Shown in pieces: positions 18,585 through 29,347 of a stretch of 64,000 bases of DNA; position 1 is the first letter of the stretch, and each line of letters starts with the position of its first letter. The notes beneath the pieces were generated by a model. That model did not search any database, was not told the DNA's origin, and saw only the letters and a program-made list of their open reading frames with translations. The position numbers were made by a program, and so were the translations under genes. The stretch comes from a virus, in UHGV virus genome UHGV-0306641; one strand, written 5' to 3'.

Positions 18585-20276
18585 TTACTGTTGTGTCATA
18601 ACGAATTTGGCGAAGTTAAGCAGCTGTTCCCGGCTCCATGTCTCCGGGTTACTGTCATCACCTCTACCTGGGGCGGATTCGTACATCATGTCGTCGTGTT
18701 CTCCTGCGTCTTTGGTCGCATTGAACTCTTTGATCATGGACTGCAGCATCTGCTCATCCATCTTGAGTTGGTCGCAAAACAGGTAACGCATAAACGTTTC
18801 ACTACCCGCCAATTTGGGGCTTTGCTGGATCTGGTCGAGAATCTGCGTGATAACAGCGATGAAGTTGGCGCGTGAATCTTGATCTCTTGCTTCTTCCTGC
18901 ATCAATGCCGTGTTCATTGAGTTGAACTGGACGGAGTAGGGGCGCTGGTTAGACAGGTAGGCTTTACCGTGTTTGTATGCCAGATGAATATCAGCGAGCC
19001 GGTAAATTACATCGGTTGCAGCCTGGCGGAGCCATTGAGCACGGATCGCGGCTTGAATAGCTGTTTGCGCCCAACCTCCTTCACCTAATCCCCCGGACAT
19101 TTGGTCTGCCCAGCCGAGCATGGTCGAATCTATGCCCAGGCTTGAGCACAGCTGGCGAAGATGAAACATGACGTCTTCAATGCCGGTGATATCAGCTGGA
19201 ATGTACTGGGTATCAATAGTGATGTTGTTCTTGCCATCCCCCATAACAGGTATCAGATGGTTAAGCACCGTCGGCATGGTATTCGCCTGCAGAGAACGGC
19301 GTGACATAGCTTCGCTGTTACGCTTCAGGGATTGGCTGACCGTGCGCGTGTAGTTCGCAGCGTTTACCGGATCGAGAGTACCGGTCGTCAGTGCGATCAG
19401 CCGGTCAATTTTTGCCGCGTTGTAACGCGTGGCCTTCAGTGCATTCAGTGCGCCGCAAAGGTTCATAAACGCTTCATACGAGTTTTCCAGAAAGCTGGTC
19501 CCGTAGTTCTGCGTTTCGGTGATAGGGTGCTGGCTTTGTTCAGTTAATAGGGAATATCCACGCGTACCGGTTGTGACCGGAATAATTTTCCCTGATGGCG
19601 TCCAAAACGGATTTTTCATTGCCACGATCTCCCACGGGTCAGCCAGCATGCGCTGCATTGTTTCCGGTGAAAGAAGGTAATCCCCTGAGAATCCCGCGAG
19701 AGTCCCGCCTTTGTTAAATTCCTGAATGAAGTACGGAAGGGTGTAGTAAGACGATTCGATATTTACGATCCCGCGACCTGGCTCACCGTAAGGGCGCATA
19801 TATCCGACGCCAAAAATCGCCATGAGTAACCCCCACGACGGCAGGCCGGTATCAATCATTTCCCCCAGGTCATTCATTAGCTCACTGCAGCGCGCCACTG
19901 TTTCTTTATCCCCAGGGTCTTTAGCAACGATGGAGAACGCCATGCCCGTCCGTTTACTGGGAGATAAGGCTTGCGCGAGGTGGATATTTAACGCCTGGGA
20001 AACCGTGGCGCTTTTTGCCATTTCCTCCAGCACTGTATACCGCGACAACCTTTCCAGAGGCAGCTCAAGGTTGATACCTATCTGATCCGCCTGTGTTGTC
20101 AGTTCTCCAGGTGCGTCTTGCCGGTTGCCGGTCAGAAATGACAGCCCCGACCGTGAAACCACATTGTGACCACTGCTGATGGGGAGTTGTGCCAGTGGCG
20201 CAGTTGGCGCGGCACCGGTGAACAATTTTTTCAGGGCTGCAAGTGGCCCGGAGCTTGTCGTCTTTCTGTTAGCCAT
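18585..20276 (-). CDS. Putative portal protein (Prt-like by position)
   Basis: 563 aa, divergent from the darB-like gene. Size and context fit a portal; no diagnostic motif visible. Confidence 0.3.
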   Translation of the reverse strand: MANRKTTSSGPLAALKKLFTGAAPTAPLAQLPISSGHNVVSRSGLSFLTGNRQDAPGELTTQADQIGINLELPLERLSRYTVLEEMAKSATVSQALNIHLAQALSPSKRTGMAFSIVAKDPGDKETVARCSELMNDLGEMIDTGLPSWGLLMAIFGVGYMRPYGEPGRGIVNIESSYYTLPYFIQEFNKGGTLAGFSGDYLLSPETMQRMLADPWEIVAMKNPFWTPSGKIIPVTTGTRGYSLLTEQSQHPITETQNYGTSFLENSYEAFMNLCGALNALKATRYNAAKIDRLIALTTGTLDPVNAANYTRTVSQSLKRNSEAMSRRSLQANTMPTVLNHLIPVMGDGKNNITIDTQYIPADITGIEDVMFHLRQLCSSLGIDSTMLGWADQMSGGLGEGGWAQTAIQAAIRAQWLRQAATDVIYRLADIHLAYKHGKAYLSNQRPYSVQFNSMNTALMQEEARDQDSRANFIAVITQILDQIQQSPKLAGSETFMRYLFCDQLKMDEQMLQSMIKEFNATKDAGEHDDMMYESAPGRGDDSNPETWSREQLLNFAKFVMTQQ

Positions 20277-20364
20277 GTTTTGACCAGTACCTTTGTTAAA
20301 TACAGACCGCTTAGATTTACGTGGATTTTATTGGGTCTATGTTTTACGGACATAAGGTTAAAAA

Positions 20365-23300
20365 ATGACAAACCAGCTTTCAGAGGCAATTGGTGGGGCA
20401 TCAACGCTAAGTGAGTTGATAACAGCCATACTTCGCGCGCGTAAGGTGCGATCGGTTGTGCAATTCGGCATTGAAAAGGAGAGCGGCGTAAGTATCCAGC
20501 GAGCCAGGCGACAAGCGAACAATGACGCTATGCGATTGCTGAATGAGCTACCTCAAAATTTTAATGGGAACAACCTGAGCGCTGAACAGCGTGAAATTCT
20601 TGCGGGTTACACCGGCGAAGGTGGCCTGACCGATGGTGGAAGCCAGTACGAATACTACACGCCGCAATTTATGGCTGAAGGTGTGTGGGATCTTCTGGCT
20701 GATTATGGCGTAACGTCTGGTCACGTTCTTGAGCCGTCTGCAGGTACCGGTATTTTCCAGGAAACGAAGCCTGCAGGTGCCATTATGACTGCAGCGGAGA
20801 TCTCGTTAGTTTCCGGTCGTATTAACCAGCTGCTGCACCCTGAAGACAGCGTACAGCTGGGGGCGTTTGAGACTTTAGCGGCTAAAGTACCGGATGACAC
20901 CTACGACCATGCAGTCGGAAACGTCCCATTTGGCGAAAGCCGAACTGGTTACGCTGAGCTTGATCCTGCTTACAAAAACGAAACGAACGTCGGGCATTAC
21001 TTCATCCTACGAACCATCGACAAGGTGAAGCCTGGTGGCCTAATTGTGCTGGTGGTACCGAACGGTATGACCGACGGCGGAGGGACGAATAAGAAGCTGC
21101 GCGACCGCGTATCCCGTAAAGCGGAGTTTTTGGGTGCTCACCGTATGCCGTCCGGTACCTTTGCCGAGAGCGGAACATCAACGGTGGTCGATGTATGGGT
21201 GTTACGTAAGCACACGAAACCCCTTGCGGAGATCGTCAATGATGCCACTGACAAAATGCTTACCAGCGCGAATGTGCTGTGGCCTGTATTCATTAAGGGC
21301 AAATGGTTCCTTAGCCCCGAAGGGAAACGCTTTGTTCACGGAGAAACAGAGCGCTCATCATTCAATAATATTCTGACGGTCAAGAAGGATGGCCAACTTA
21401 CCAATGCGGCAATGAAACAGGCGCTGTCACGTCGCTTTGATAGCCGGATTGACTGGTCCATGCTCACCATTGAACAGGATTTGTATCAGGGTGCCGTCGA
21501 AGGTGACAAGCGGCTGGTGGGGGATATCTGGCATACGTTCGACGGCGACAAGTGGATACGAGACACAACGACTAACCATACCGCCATTGATGCTGCCAGA
21601 TTCGGTGTAGCAACGTTTGGGGATTTACAAACGAGATGCCGATCTCTGCAGGGGCTGCTATCGCTGACCGCTAACCAGATCGCCGCCGTCATGGATGTTT
21701 ACCCATCCCTTCTTTCCGATCGTCAAAAAAGCATTGTTTCATTTGCTCTAAAGCAGAAAGCCAGCCAGCGTGAACGGGTAATGCGTGGTGGCTTGATTGG
21801 CCTGACGATTAACGATGCACAGGACATGATCGCCCAGGGGCGTGACGCGGGTTCTTTGCTGGTGGACGCGGCAAGGATTACCGCCGAAGAGGTGGCGCGA
21901 AACGGTTCACCTAATGGTTTGCGGTTATCCGGGTTGTCCGATAGCACCGCCAAGGCCTGGCTCACCTTCCAGGCGAACGTAACCAGAGAAGGCCAACTGT
22001 CGGATTTGTTGACCGGTAATATGAATGAGACTGAACTGAAAACACTGGATACCGCTAATCCAGAGCAAGTTGTCAGTCATTTATTTAGCCAGATTGACCT
22101 GATTCCCGTCACGCTGGAGCAATTCAGAGATGTCTGTACTGCAAAGCTTCCTGAAAGTGATGACGCATTACTGGCTTATCTTGCTGGGTTCCCTGAAATT
22201 GCGCTCGATGGCTATGGAAACATGCTGCCAATGTCCCGCGCTACCAGCGGAAATGTACGCGGCAAAATCAACCACCTTGCAGGGCTGGTAAATGAGTACC
22301 CGGACGGCCCCGAAAAGCAAAACTTTGTTCGCCAGATGGAGCTGATTAATGCCCGTCGAAAAGCGGCCCCAATCGACAAAATTAAAGTCAACCTCAACGC
22401 CCGTTGGCTTGACCGTCGCCTGATTAAAGAATTTCTCGCCGAACAGGGTTATGACGCCTTCCGCTATACAAAGGATCTGGAAGTTGAGAATGGCTACCTG
22501 GTGTCGGCGGATGATTACGAGGGTAAAGACGGTATTTTTACCGGATATCAGCTGCGAACCGTCACCAGCAATAGCGGTGTAACTGAGTTTAAAAAGGCCA
22601 ATAACAGCGATGGTTTCCTCAACCAGCTGGAGAACTACCTTAACGGCGTGAAACCGCGCGGCCCGAAGGCGGGGGAATACCTTTCTCGCATAGCCAAGCT
22701 GGAAGGTAGCTTCAACGATTGGTTGCGATCACATCCTGACGTTGAGGGTGTTGTGAACGACTACAACGATGCTTTTAACAACTACATCCCGTTCGAACAT
22801 TCCAGTGAGTCACTTCACCTGGAAGGACTGTCTGGCAAGCGTATCCCATTAAGTTATCAGAACTCTGAGGTTCGCCGCCTTTCGGAAGATGGGCGCGGGA
22901 TTATGGGCTTTGGTACCGGCCTGGGTAAAACGACGACGGCGCTTGCCCTTGAAGCATTCAACTACCAACACGGACGTTCAAAACGCACTGTTTTTGTTGT
23001 TCCAAAGGCGGTCTACCACAACTGGTACCACGAGGCGCGGGACTTCTACAGCCCGGAGGTCTTTGCGCAAATGTTGTTTGTCGGCATTGACGAGGTCCGT
23101 GGGGAAGATGGCGAGATTCAGACATCCCAGGTTCGCAACGAAAACAACGAGCCGATGACTGATCGTGACGGCAATCCGGTAATGCGTAATGTCATTAAGG
23201 ATGCCGATAGCGCCACGATTCTGGAGCGAATGAACCGCATACCGGCGTCGAATTTCCGTAGCGTCATTATGACCAAAGAGCAGTTTGGCATGATCCCGCT

Positions 23301-26300
23301 GCGTGAAGAAACCATAGAAGAGAACTCGGCACAGGCGCTCTATAACGCTATTGATATGGGGCGTACCGATCTTCTGAAAAGTAGTCATCGTGCTGAGCTG
23401 GCGAAGAACAAAATTAAGGACAAGGCCGCTGACACCGGCACAGCGAAAAAGCACCAGGTTCCTTACTTTGAGGACATGAATTTTGACAATGTGATCGCTG
23501 ATGAAGGTCACAATTACCGAAATTCACTGGCTGCTGGTCGAGAAACCGCGCAGCTGGCCTATTTGCCGAATCCTGCAGTCTCGCAAATCGCGCGCGACAT
23601 GGCTGTAAAAAGCGCCTACCTGATGAAGAAATTCAACGGTCGCGGCGTAACCCTGTTAACAGCTACCCCACTGGTAAACAGCCCGTTAGATGCCTTCAAC
23701 ATGCTATCTCACGTCGTGCCGGTTGAAGAGTGGAAAGCCATGGGGATATTAACCCCTGATGACTTTGTTCGCGTATTTGGCGAAACCGCTAACGTGGTGG
23801 TGCAGAAGATATCCGGCGAGGTGGTTGATAAGCAGGGGCTGGTGGGCTTTAAGAACCTGGACGGCTTACGCGGTATTTTCCATCGCTGGACCACTCTCAA
23901 GACCGCTCAGGACGTCAAGGAAAGCGTCAAAATCCCCGACCTGAACGAAATCAACGTAGACGTGCCGCTAACGCAAGAGCAGGTCGATATCTACGAGGAA
24001 TTGCGCCAGCGCGCGGCGAAGATCGGACAGAAAGACGTCATTGAACGCAATGAGGATGGCACGATTTCCATCACGCCGAACAATAACGATGACTTTATTT
24101 TCTCGGTGATCCGCGACATGGATAAGCTGGTCATTGACCCTGATTTATATCGGTCGTCAATGACGTTTATCTTTCCCGAAGACCAACGCGAAAAGGTTAT
24201 GGCTATTGCCGCCGGTCTTCCCGCTGCAGCTGGTGGGGTAGAGGCGGATGACGATGAGTCTGACACGGGCCTGGTGAGTACATTATCCAGTAAGGTGGTC
24301 GAAACCAAAGTTGGTACCCGTGGGGATGCGGTCGAGCTGGTGGTTAGCGTAGACCTGGAAGCTGCAGTGCTTCAGGCCATCGCGAAGGAAGGGATCGACA
24401 TGAAGACGGTCACACACCCGATCCCGCCGAAATATGCCGCTCTGATTGCCAACCTTAAAGCCGGACTGGTTAACGGTAAGCAAATCATCTTCATGGATGA
24501 GAAAAGCCAGCACGGTAAGCTACGCCGTATTTTGTCGCATGCGCTGGGTATGGATGAGAGTCAGATCGGGATCATCAATGCCACCAGCGTACAGCAAGCC
24601 ACCGGCGTGAAGCTGAAAAAGGTTAAAAAGCCGGTCGAACCGACGGAAAAAGCCGACGGTACATACAAAGACGGTGCCTGGGAGAAGTATTACAGCGAGC
24701 TGGCAAAATATGAGGACTACATTTCCGCGCTGAATGATATGTCGCTCACCGGCATGGAAGGGATCGCCGCTGATTATAACGAAGGGCGAACGCCGATCGT
24801 CATCTGCAACAAAAAGGCGGAAGTAGGGATTAACCTTCACAAAGGTACCACGGACATTCATCACCTGACGCTACCGTGGACCCCTGCCAGTATCAACCAG
24901 CGTAACGGGCGCGGCGCGCGCGTAGGTTCATCACAGGATAGCGTTAACGTCCATTACTACTGTGGCATAGGTTCATTTGACGAGTTCCGGTTAGGTACGC
25001 TGAAACGCAAGGGTAATTGGATCGGCGAAATCATGACGTCTGATGCCTCAACGCTCAAGAACGGCGACATGGACGAAAATGACGATATTCAGCTGCTGCT
25101 GGCGGCGAACCAGGATGAGCGTAAAGCGCGTCTTGAAGCGCAGCTTGCAGCTCGACGCGAAGCGGAACGCCGTAAAGCCGAAAAAGAAGCTGAGGTAGCG
25201 CTGGATGTATACCTGCGTTCGTCCATTGCGGCAAACGAAGATCCGACCGCGCTGGCTGACAATCTCAACGACCTGACCGCACAGCTCAGCACCCAGGAGG
25301 AAGCGGTAGAAGAGGCGCGCAACGAAGTTACGAAGGAGGAATCCGAATATAACAGCTGGGCGGAGAAACACGGTAAGAAAAGCGCTGATGTTTATCACGG
25401 TTCGTCACGACGCAATGCCCGGACCATGCTGAAATATCAGATTGAGAAACTAACCGATCTGAAAGGCCAGGTTAAAACAGCTCGTAATACCCTGACGCGC
25501 AATAAAAACGCCGCCACGATGTTGAAGCGCGCCAAAGGTGATCTGGAGCGTAGTATTGCTGCTGGTGTGATCGACATTGACCCGGATGTGTTGCTGAATC
25601 CGTCAAACTACATGAAAACGAATAGCGGTCGAGTGTTAAAAACCGACGCTTATTACACCATCAATACTGATACCTCACAGCAAGTGATTGTGCGCATTAC
25701 TCGACTGTTACCGGAAAAACAGACGGTAGAAACTGAAATCACTTACACCTCAGTTTATCCGTACTCTACGTATCGCATCGGATCGAAGAGAGAAATGCCG
25801 GTGAGCGATATTATCAACCAGGTTGATGTTTCACTGGATACGGTAGAGGCAAGACGTCGGGCTGCTGAAGGCCTTACACCAGACAAGGTTGCCAGCATCC
25901 TTACCCGCGCGCAGTTTTACGATGCAGTGACGGAGAACGTCTTACGCGTGAGGGACGATTACTGGATGGCATACAATGACGGCAAGCTTGAGCTGGTCTA
26001 TATCTTGCGTGGAGCGTTGCCGGATGATATCGCGCCAACGTCTTATGTTTACCCGGACAGTAGTGATGATGGCCTAAAACGTGCGCTGTTTGCATATAGC
26101 CGCAGCGGTTCGAATATGTATTCAGCAAGGCTCTTTTTCATTGCCGTGTTTGGTGAAAACTACACCGCTGAGCTGGAGGCCTTTGGCGAGCAGGGGACCG
26201 TAGAGGATGTATTGCCGGTGCTCAATGAATCAATCGCTAAGGCTGAGGCCATGTACAACGATTCACTGGCTGGAGCGTCTGATAGCGACATTCGCGCCCA

Positions 26301-27207
26301 GTTTAACGGCAACCATGAGTCTGTCAGGGCTATGTGGAAACACCGAGTTTCAACGTCATCCCTATCTCAGCTACATGAGAAATTCTCAAATAAGAGTCAG
26401 CTGCAAAACATGTTCCTTCAACTGCGTGATGAGCGCCTGGTGGCAAAGCTGCAGGTCATGAAAGAGGGCAATGCAAAGTTAGCGCAAAAACTGTATGAGC
26501 AATTCTCTCGCCTGAGTGGTGCGCGGTCGCTGAAAGTAATCCGTGATCTGGCTGACTCATCCGTAGCCGACTTAATTAAACAGGTGAATAGCCATGATTC
26601 ACTTCTGACGTCATCCCTCGCTGATTACCTTATGGCTGGGGTGCTGGTGGGGGCGTACTCCGAAAGCCGTATATCGGTAGAGGATTTCCTTAACGTTGAT
26701 GTGGTACGCCGCCACATTGAAGGAATTAAATATAAATTACAGGAGATTAAATCCGGGCAATTTGAGCAATTTGCTTCATCATGGGAGGGCTATCTCTCTA
26801 TGATGGCAGGAGAAAAAACCGTTGAAGAGATCGAAGCCGAAAAGCAGGAGCGGGAGGCAAAACAGGCGGAAGCAATTGAGTTTACCCAAGAGCAAACGGA
26901 CGAGAAAGACTTCGGTTACAGCATTCAACAAAACTCTTTAAATCTGGAAGGAAAGCGCGTCTGGCGTCGTAGAACGTTCAAACTCAGCTATCCGGCTGGT
27001 GGCGCGCACGTTCTGTGTGATACGTCGGGACGGGCCACGCTCAAGAAAAAATCCGTGCGGGAAATGCTAAAAGAGAAATACGGTGCGACGTTCTGGAACT
27101 TTGAAGACGATCCGGTTGAAGGTAACGAGTTTACCCAGCCAGCATGGGTAGTCTCAAGCCGGTACGACAAAGCCGAAATCCAAGCCAGCATACAGGCCAT
27201 CATTTAA
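20365..27207 (+). CDS. darB: DarB-like giant antirestriction protein (N6-adenine methyltransferase plus DExH helicase)
   Basis: 2280 aa (P1 DarB is ~2255 aa). MTase motif I 'EPSAGTGIF' and motif IV 'GNVPFGES'. Helicase Walker A 'GFGTGLGKTTTAL' and DExH 'IADEGHNYRN'. Long C-terminal coiled-coil region. Confidence 0.7.
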   Translation: MTNQLSEAIGGASTLSELITAILRARKVRSVVQFGIEKESGVSIQRARRQANNDAMRLLNELPQNFNGNNLSAEQREILAGYTGEGGLTDGGSQYEYYTPQFMAEGVWDLLADYGVTSGHVLEPSAGTGIFQETKPAGAIMTAAEISLVSGRINQLLHPEDSVQLGAFETLAAKVPDDTYDHAVGNVPFGESRTGYAELDPAYKNETNVGHYFILRTIDKVKPGGLIVLVVPNGMTDGGGTNKKLRDRVSRKAEFLGAHRMPSGTFAESGTSTVVDVWVLRKHTKPLAEIVNDATDKMLTSANVLWPVFIKGKWFLSPEGKRFVHGETERSSFNNILTVKKDGQLTNAAMKQALSRRFDSRIDWSMLTIEQDLYQGAVEGDKRLVGDIWHTFDGDKWIRDTTTNHTAIDAARFGVATFGDLQTRCRSLQGLLSLTANQIAAVMDVYPSLLSDRQKSIVSFALKQKASQRERVMRGGLIGLTINDAQDMIAQGRDAGSLLVDAARITAEEVARNGSPNGLRLSGLSDSTAKAWLTFQANVTREGQLSDLLTGNMNETELKTLDTANPEQVVSHLFSQIDLIPVTLEQFRDVCTAKLPESDDALLAYLAGFPEIALDGYGNMLPMSRATSGNVRGKINHLAGLVNEYPDGPEKQNFVRQMELINARRKAAPIDKIKVNLNARWLDRRLIKEFLAEQGYDAFRYTKDLEVENGYLVSADDYEGKDGIFTGYQLRTVTSNSGVTEFKKANNSDGFLNQLENYLNGVKPRGPKAGEYLSRIAKLEGSFNDWLRSHPDVEGVVNDYNDAFNNYIPFEHSSESLHLEGLSGKRIPLSYQNSEVRRLSEDGRGIMGFGTGLGKTTTALALEAFNYQHGRSKRTVFVVPKAVYHNWYHEARDFYSPEVFAQMLFVGIDEVRGEDGEIQTSQVRNENNEPMTDRDGNPVMRNVIKDADSATILERMNRIPASNFRSVIMTKEQFGMIPLREETIEENSAQALYNAIDMGRTDLLKSSHRAELAKNKIKDKAADTGTAKKHQVPYFEDMNFDNVIADEGHNYRNSLAAGRETAQLAYLPNPAVSQIARDMAVKSAYLMKKFNGRGVTLLTATPLVNSPLDAFNMLSHVVPVEEWKAMGILTPDDFVRVFGETANVVVQKISGEVVDKQGLVGFKNLDGLRGIFHRWTTLKTAQDVKESVKIPDLNEINVDVPLTQEQVDIYEELRQRAAKIGQKDVIERNEDGTISITPNNNDDFIFSVIRDMDKLVIDPDLYRSSMTFIFPEDQREKVMAIAAGLPAAAGGVEADDDESDTGLVSTLSSKVVETKVGTRGDAVELVVSVDLEAAVLQAIAKEGIDMKTVTHPIPPKYAALIANLKAGLVNGKQIIFMDEKSQHGKLRRILSHALGMDESQIGIINATSVQQATGVKLKKVKKPVEPTEKADGTYKDGAWEKYYSELAKYEDYISALNDMSLTGMEGIAADYNEGRTPIVICNKKAEVGINLHKGTTDIHHLTLPWTPASINQRNGRGARVGSSQDSVNVHYYCGIGSFDEFRLGTLKRKGNWIGEIMTSDASTLKNGDMDENDDIQLLLAANQDERKARLEAQLAARREAERRKAEKEAEVALDVYLRSSIAANEDPTALADNLNDLTAQLSTQEEAVEEARNEVTKEESEYNSWAEKHGKKSADVYHGSSRRNARTMLKYQIEKLTDLKGQVKTARNTLTRNKNAATMLKRAKGDLERSIAAGVIDIDPDVLLNPSNYMKTNSGRVLKTDAYYTINTDTSQQVIVRITRLLPEKQTVETEITYTSVYPYSTYRIGSKREMPVSDIINQVDVSLDTVEARRRAAEGLTPDKVASILTRAQFYDAVTENVLRVRDDYWMAYNDGKLELVYILRGALPDDIAPTSYVYPDSSDDGLKRALFAYSRSGSNMYSARLFFIAVFGENYTAELEAFGEQGTVEDVLPVLNESIAKAEAMYNDSLAGASDSDIRAQFNGNHESVRAMWKHRVSTSSLSQLHEKFSNKSQLQNMFLQLRDERLVAKLQVMKEGNAKLAQKLYEQFSRLSGARSLKVIRDLADSSVADLIKQVNSHDSLLTSSLADYLMAGVLVGAYSESRISVEDFLNVDVVRRHIEGIKYKLQEIKSGQFEQFASSWEGYLSMMAGEKTVEEIEAEKQEREAKQAEAIEFTQEQTDEKDFGYSIQQNSLNLEGKRVWRRRTFKLSYPAGGAHVLCDTSGRATLKKKSVREMLKEKYGATFWNFEDDPVEGNEFTQPAWVVSSRYDKAEIQASIQAII

Positions 27208-27245
27208 TTTTTATGGAGAGGCCCAGGTGACTGGGCCAAAAAGAA

Positions 27246-27683
27246 ATGACGACATTAATCGACACCATTAAGCCGACAGAAGAGTACATAGAGTCAGTAT
27301 TGCAGGAGCATGCGCTGTCAGGCCGCAGCGAAGAAGAGTTTACCGCAACATATCTGAAGGGGCTGGTTGAGCGCCTGAAAGCAGATGTTAAAACATACCG
27401 ATCGTTCGGCCCATGGTGGCCCTCGCTCAAGGTCTTGCTATTGAAAGATGGTCATACTGACTTTGGGCAAATCGTTGATGGGGATGTGGCGGCGATTTAC
27501 GCCATGAGCCGCCCCGCTCTGACGCTGGTGGCTGCGCACCTTTGTGCTGACGAAGTACTGGAGTCTGGTAATATTCACAGTGCTGTTCATTTTCTCAGTG
27601 TTATGCCGTCGGCGGATGATACTGAGCCATACCAATACACCAGCTACGACGAGTCCATCGAAAAATTCAAACTGACCAGATAA
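27246..27683 (+). CDS. Hypothetical protein
   Basis: 145-aa ORF with an upstream GAGG RBS. Confidence 0.35.
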   Translation: MTTLIDTIKPTEEYIESVLQEHALSGRSEEEFTATYLKGLVERLKADVKTYRSFGPWWPSLKVLLLKDGHTDFGQIVDGDVAAIYAMSRPALTLVAAHLCADEVLESGNIHSAVHFLSVMPSADDTEPYQYTSYDESIEKFKLTR

Positions 27684-27693
27684 AGGAGCATAC

Positions 27694-27963
27694 ATGTCAA
27701 AAGTCAGACCCCAAACTGAGCGCCGGTTTTACACCTCGGACCAGTTGCGGGAAAAGGCTGCAGCTATGGGTTGTTGCTTGCGATTTGCACGGTCACAGGG
27801 GGTTTTCGAGTTGACGATTGATAATCAGCAGGAAAAAAACTGGACGTGGGTAATGCGCCCAGGAAGCAATGAGCGGGTACGTCTGGTGCGAGAGTTGACG
27901 CGGGATGAGTGGGATCTTGCGCTCGCGAACGCACGGGAAACACTTCTTAGTTTTTCAATCTGA
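27694..27963 (+). CDS. Hypothetical protein
   Basis: 89-aa ORF closely spaced after the previous gene. Confidence 0.3.
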   Translation: MSKVRPQTERRFYTSDQLREKAAAMGCCLRFARSQGVFELTIDNQQEKNWTWVMRPGSNERVRLVRELTRDEWDLALANARETLLSFSI

Positions 27964-28357
27964 AGTTTTCTAACAGAAAAATACCTTGCTTTAAATATAT
28001 TAAAGCCTTAGATTTTAATGGAGCAAAAGAAAGGCCCGGCTATGCCGGGCCTCACATTCACCTGTAGGTTTTCGCCGTCAAACTTAGGCCTACAGAGAAC
28101 AACAGGACTATATCATGAAAACATACGCGCAACGCGATTTTGTAAACCATCCTCAGCTTTCTGCGAAAAAAAACGATGTTTCCTCTCTGGAAAAGACCCT
28201 CATCGTATGGGGATCTCTGCTTCTTTCAACCTTCGGCGCGGCTTGGATTCTGAGTCTTATCTACCAATTCGCGATCCGTTGAACAACCTCACCTAAGCCC
28301 ACACAAAAACCGAATAATATCATCGGGTTTTGTATTCTATTCGGCGTTTACATAGCT

Positions 28358-28395
28358 AACAGCCATAAGCTTGGCTGTTGCTATTGTGTTTTTTT
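28358..28395 (+). terminator. Rho-independent terminator
   Basis: AACAGCCA-TAAGCTT-GGCTGTT hairpin followed by GTTTTTTTTG. Confidence 0.5.
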
Positions 28396-28491
28396 TGAAA
28401 CGCCGTGAGAATAAATGTAATCATTCATTATCTCTTAGATAGATTGATATCTTTCGGGGTGTGATACTTCATTAAGCTTCATGGAAAGGGT

Positions 28492-29049
28492 ATGCGATTT
28501 TCATCGGAATGGCTTGAAGGATACAAAAAGAAGCGTCCAGTTCGCGCCGCCTCTTCTAACTCAGACTGGTTAAAAACAGTCGTTAAGGTTTCAGTTCATG
28601 CAGCGGCACTCGCGGCCCTGATAAAAAAACCAGAACTGCTTAAAGGCAACCAGGAACACTACGACCAAGTACAGATTTTTGATCGCATAGAACGGAAACA
28701 CCCCGATCTCTACTCACTTCTTCACGCGACCCCGAACGGCGGATATCGCACCAAAAAAAGCGCGGCGCAAATGCCAGCTGAAGGACAGAAAAAAGGCTAT
28801 CCAGATATGTCTCTTGATAAGCCAGCCGGTATTTATCATGGGATGCGAGTAGAGCTTAAACATGGGAAGAAAAAGCCAACCAAAGAGCAGATTGAATGGC
28901 TCAATTTGCTGACAGATCAAGGCTACTACTGCATCCTGGCATTTACACCGGATGAAGCCGTTGCAGAGTTGGTGGCTTACTCACAGCTTGCTGCCGGTGA
29001 GTCGATGCCAGAGCACCAAAATAACAGCTACTGGAGGGCGGCGGCTTAA
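28492..29049 (+). CDS. VRR-NUC domain nuclease (PD-(D/E)xK fold)
   Basis: 'HATPNGGYRT', 'KGYPDMSL', 'RVELKHGKKKPTKEQIEWL' match the VRR-NUC arrangement (h.PNGG.R ... G.PD ... E.K ... Q). Confidence 0.5.
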   Translation: MRFSSEWLEGYKKKRPVRAASSNSDWLKTVVKVSVHAAALAALIKKPELLKGNQEHYDQVQIFDRIERKHPDLYSLLHATPNGGYRTKKSAAQMPAEGQKKGYPDMSLDKPAGIYHGMRVELKHGKKKPTKEQIEWLNLLTDQGYYCILAFTPDEAVAELVAYSQLAAGESMPEHQNNSYWRAAA

Positions 29050-29059
29050 ACGTAAGGCG

Positions 29060-29347
29060 ATGATAGTGAAGTCAGAAGTTGTGCTGGTGGCTTGTTGCCA
29101 GCGGTGTTTATTACATAGCATGGTAGAGGATCGGGGTTACATGGACATTAATGACGTATACAACACACTCGAAAATAACCCCGAAATGATAGGCCAACGG
29201 GAAGGATCTGCCGATTTTGTAACGTTTGAGCCAAGTGAAGCTGGGGAAGGGGGAATGTTTGTAGTCAATGATATGAATGGGGGGATGGCTCCTTTTGAAC
29301 CATCTTTAGATGACCTACTTGCTGATAACTGGATGTGTCATGCGTAA
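29060..29347 (+). CDS. Hypothetical acidic protein
   Basis: ATG at 29060 after AAGG, in frame with the track ORF 28952-29347. Confidence 0.3.
   Translation: MIVKSEVVLVACCQRCLLHSMVEDRGYMDINDVYNTLENNPEMIGQREGSADFVTFEPSEAGEGGMFVVNDMNGGMAPFEPSLDDLLADNWMCHA

Noticed and set aside
20365-27207. Many 60-180-aa ORFs on both strands inside the darB-like gene (e.g. 22978-23511, 24520-24864, 25048-25398).
   Set aside because: They are embedded in or antisense to a 2280-aa ORF carrying coherent MTase/helicase motifs. No RBS or independent signal is visible. These are frame shadows.
28018-28296. 92-aa ORF in the 27964-28490 intergenic region.
   Set aside because: The region is dominated by hairpins (GGCCCGGC...GCCGGGCC, CCTGTAGG...CCTACAGG) and a terminator. 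It has no RBS and low coding plausibility. More likely structured noncoding DNA.
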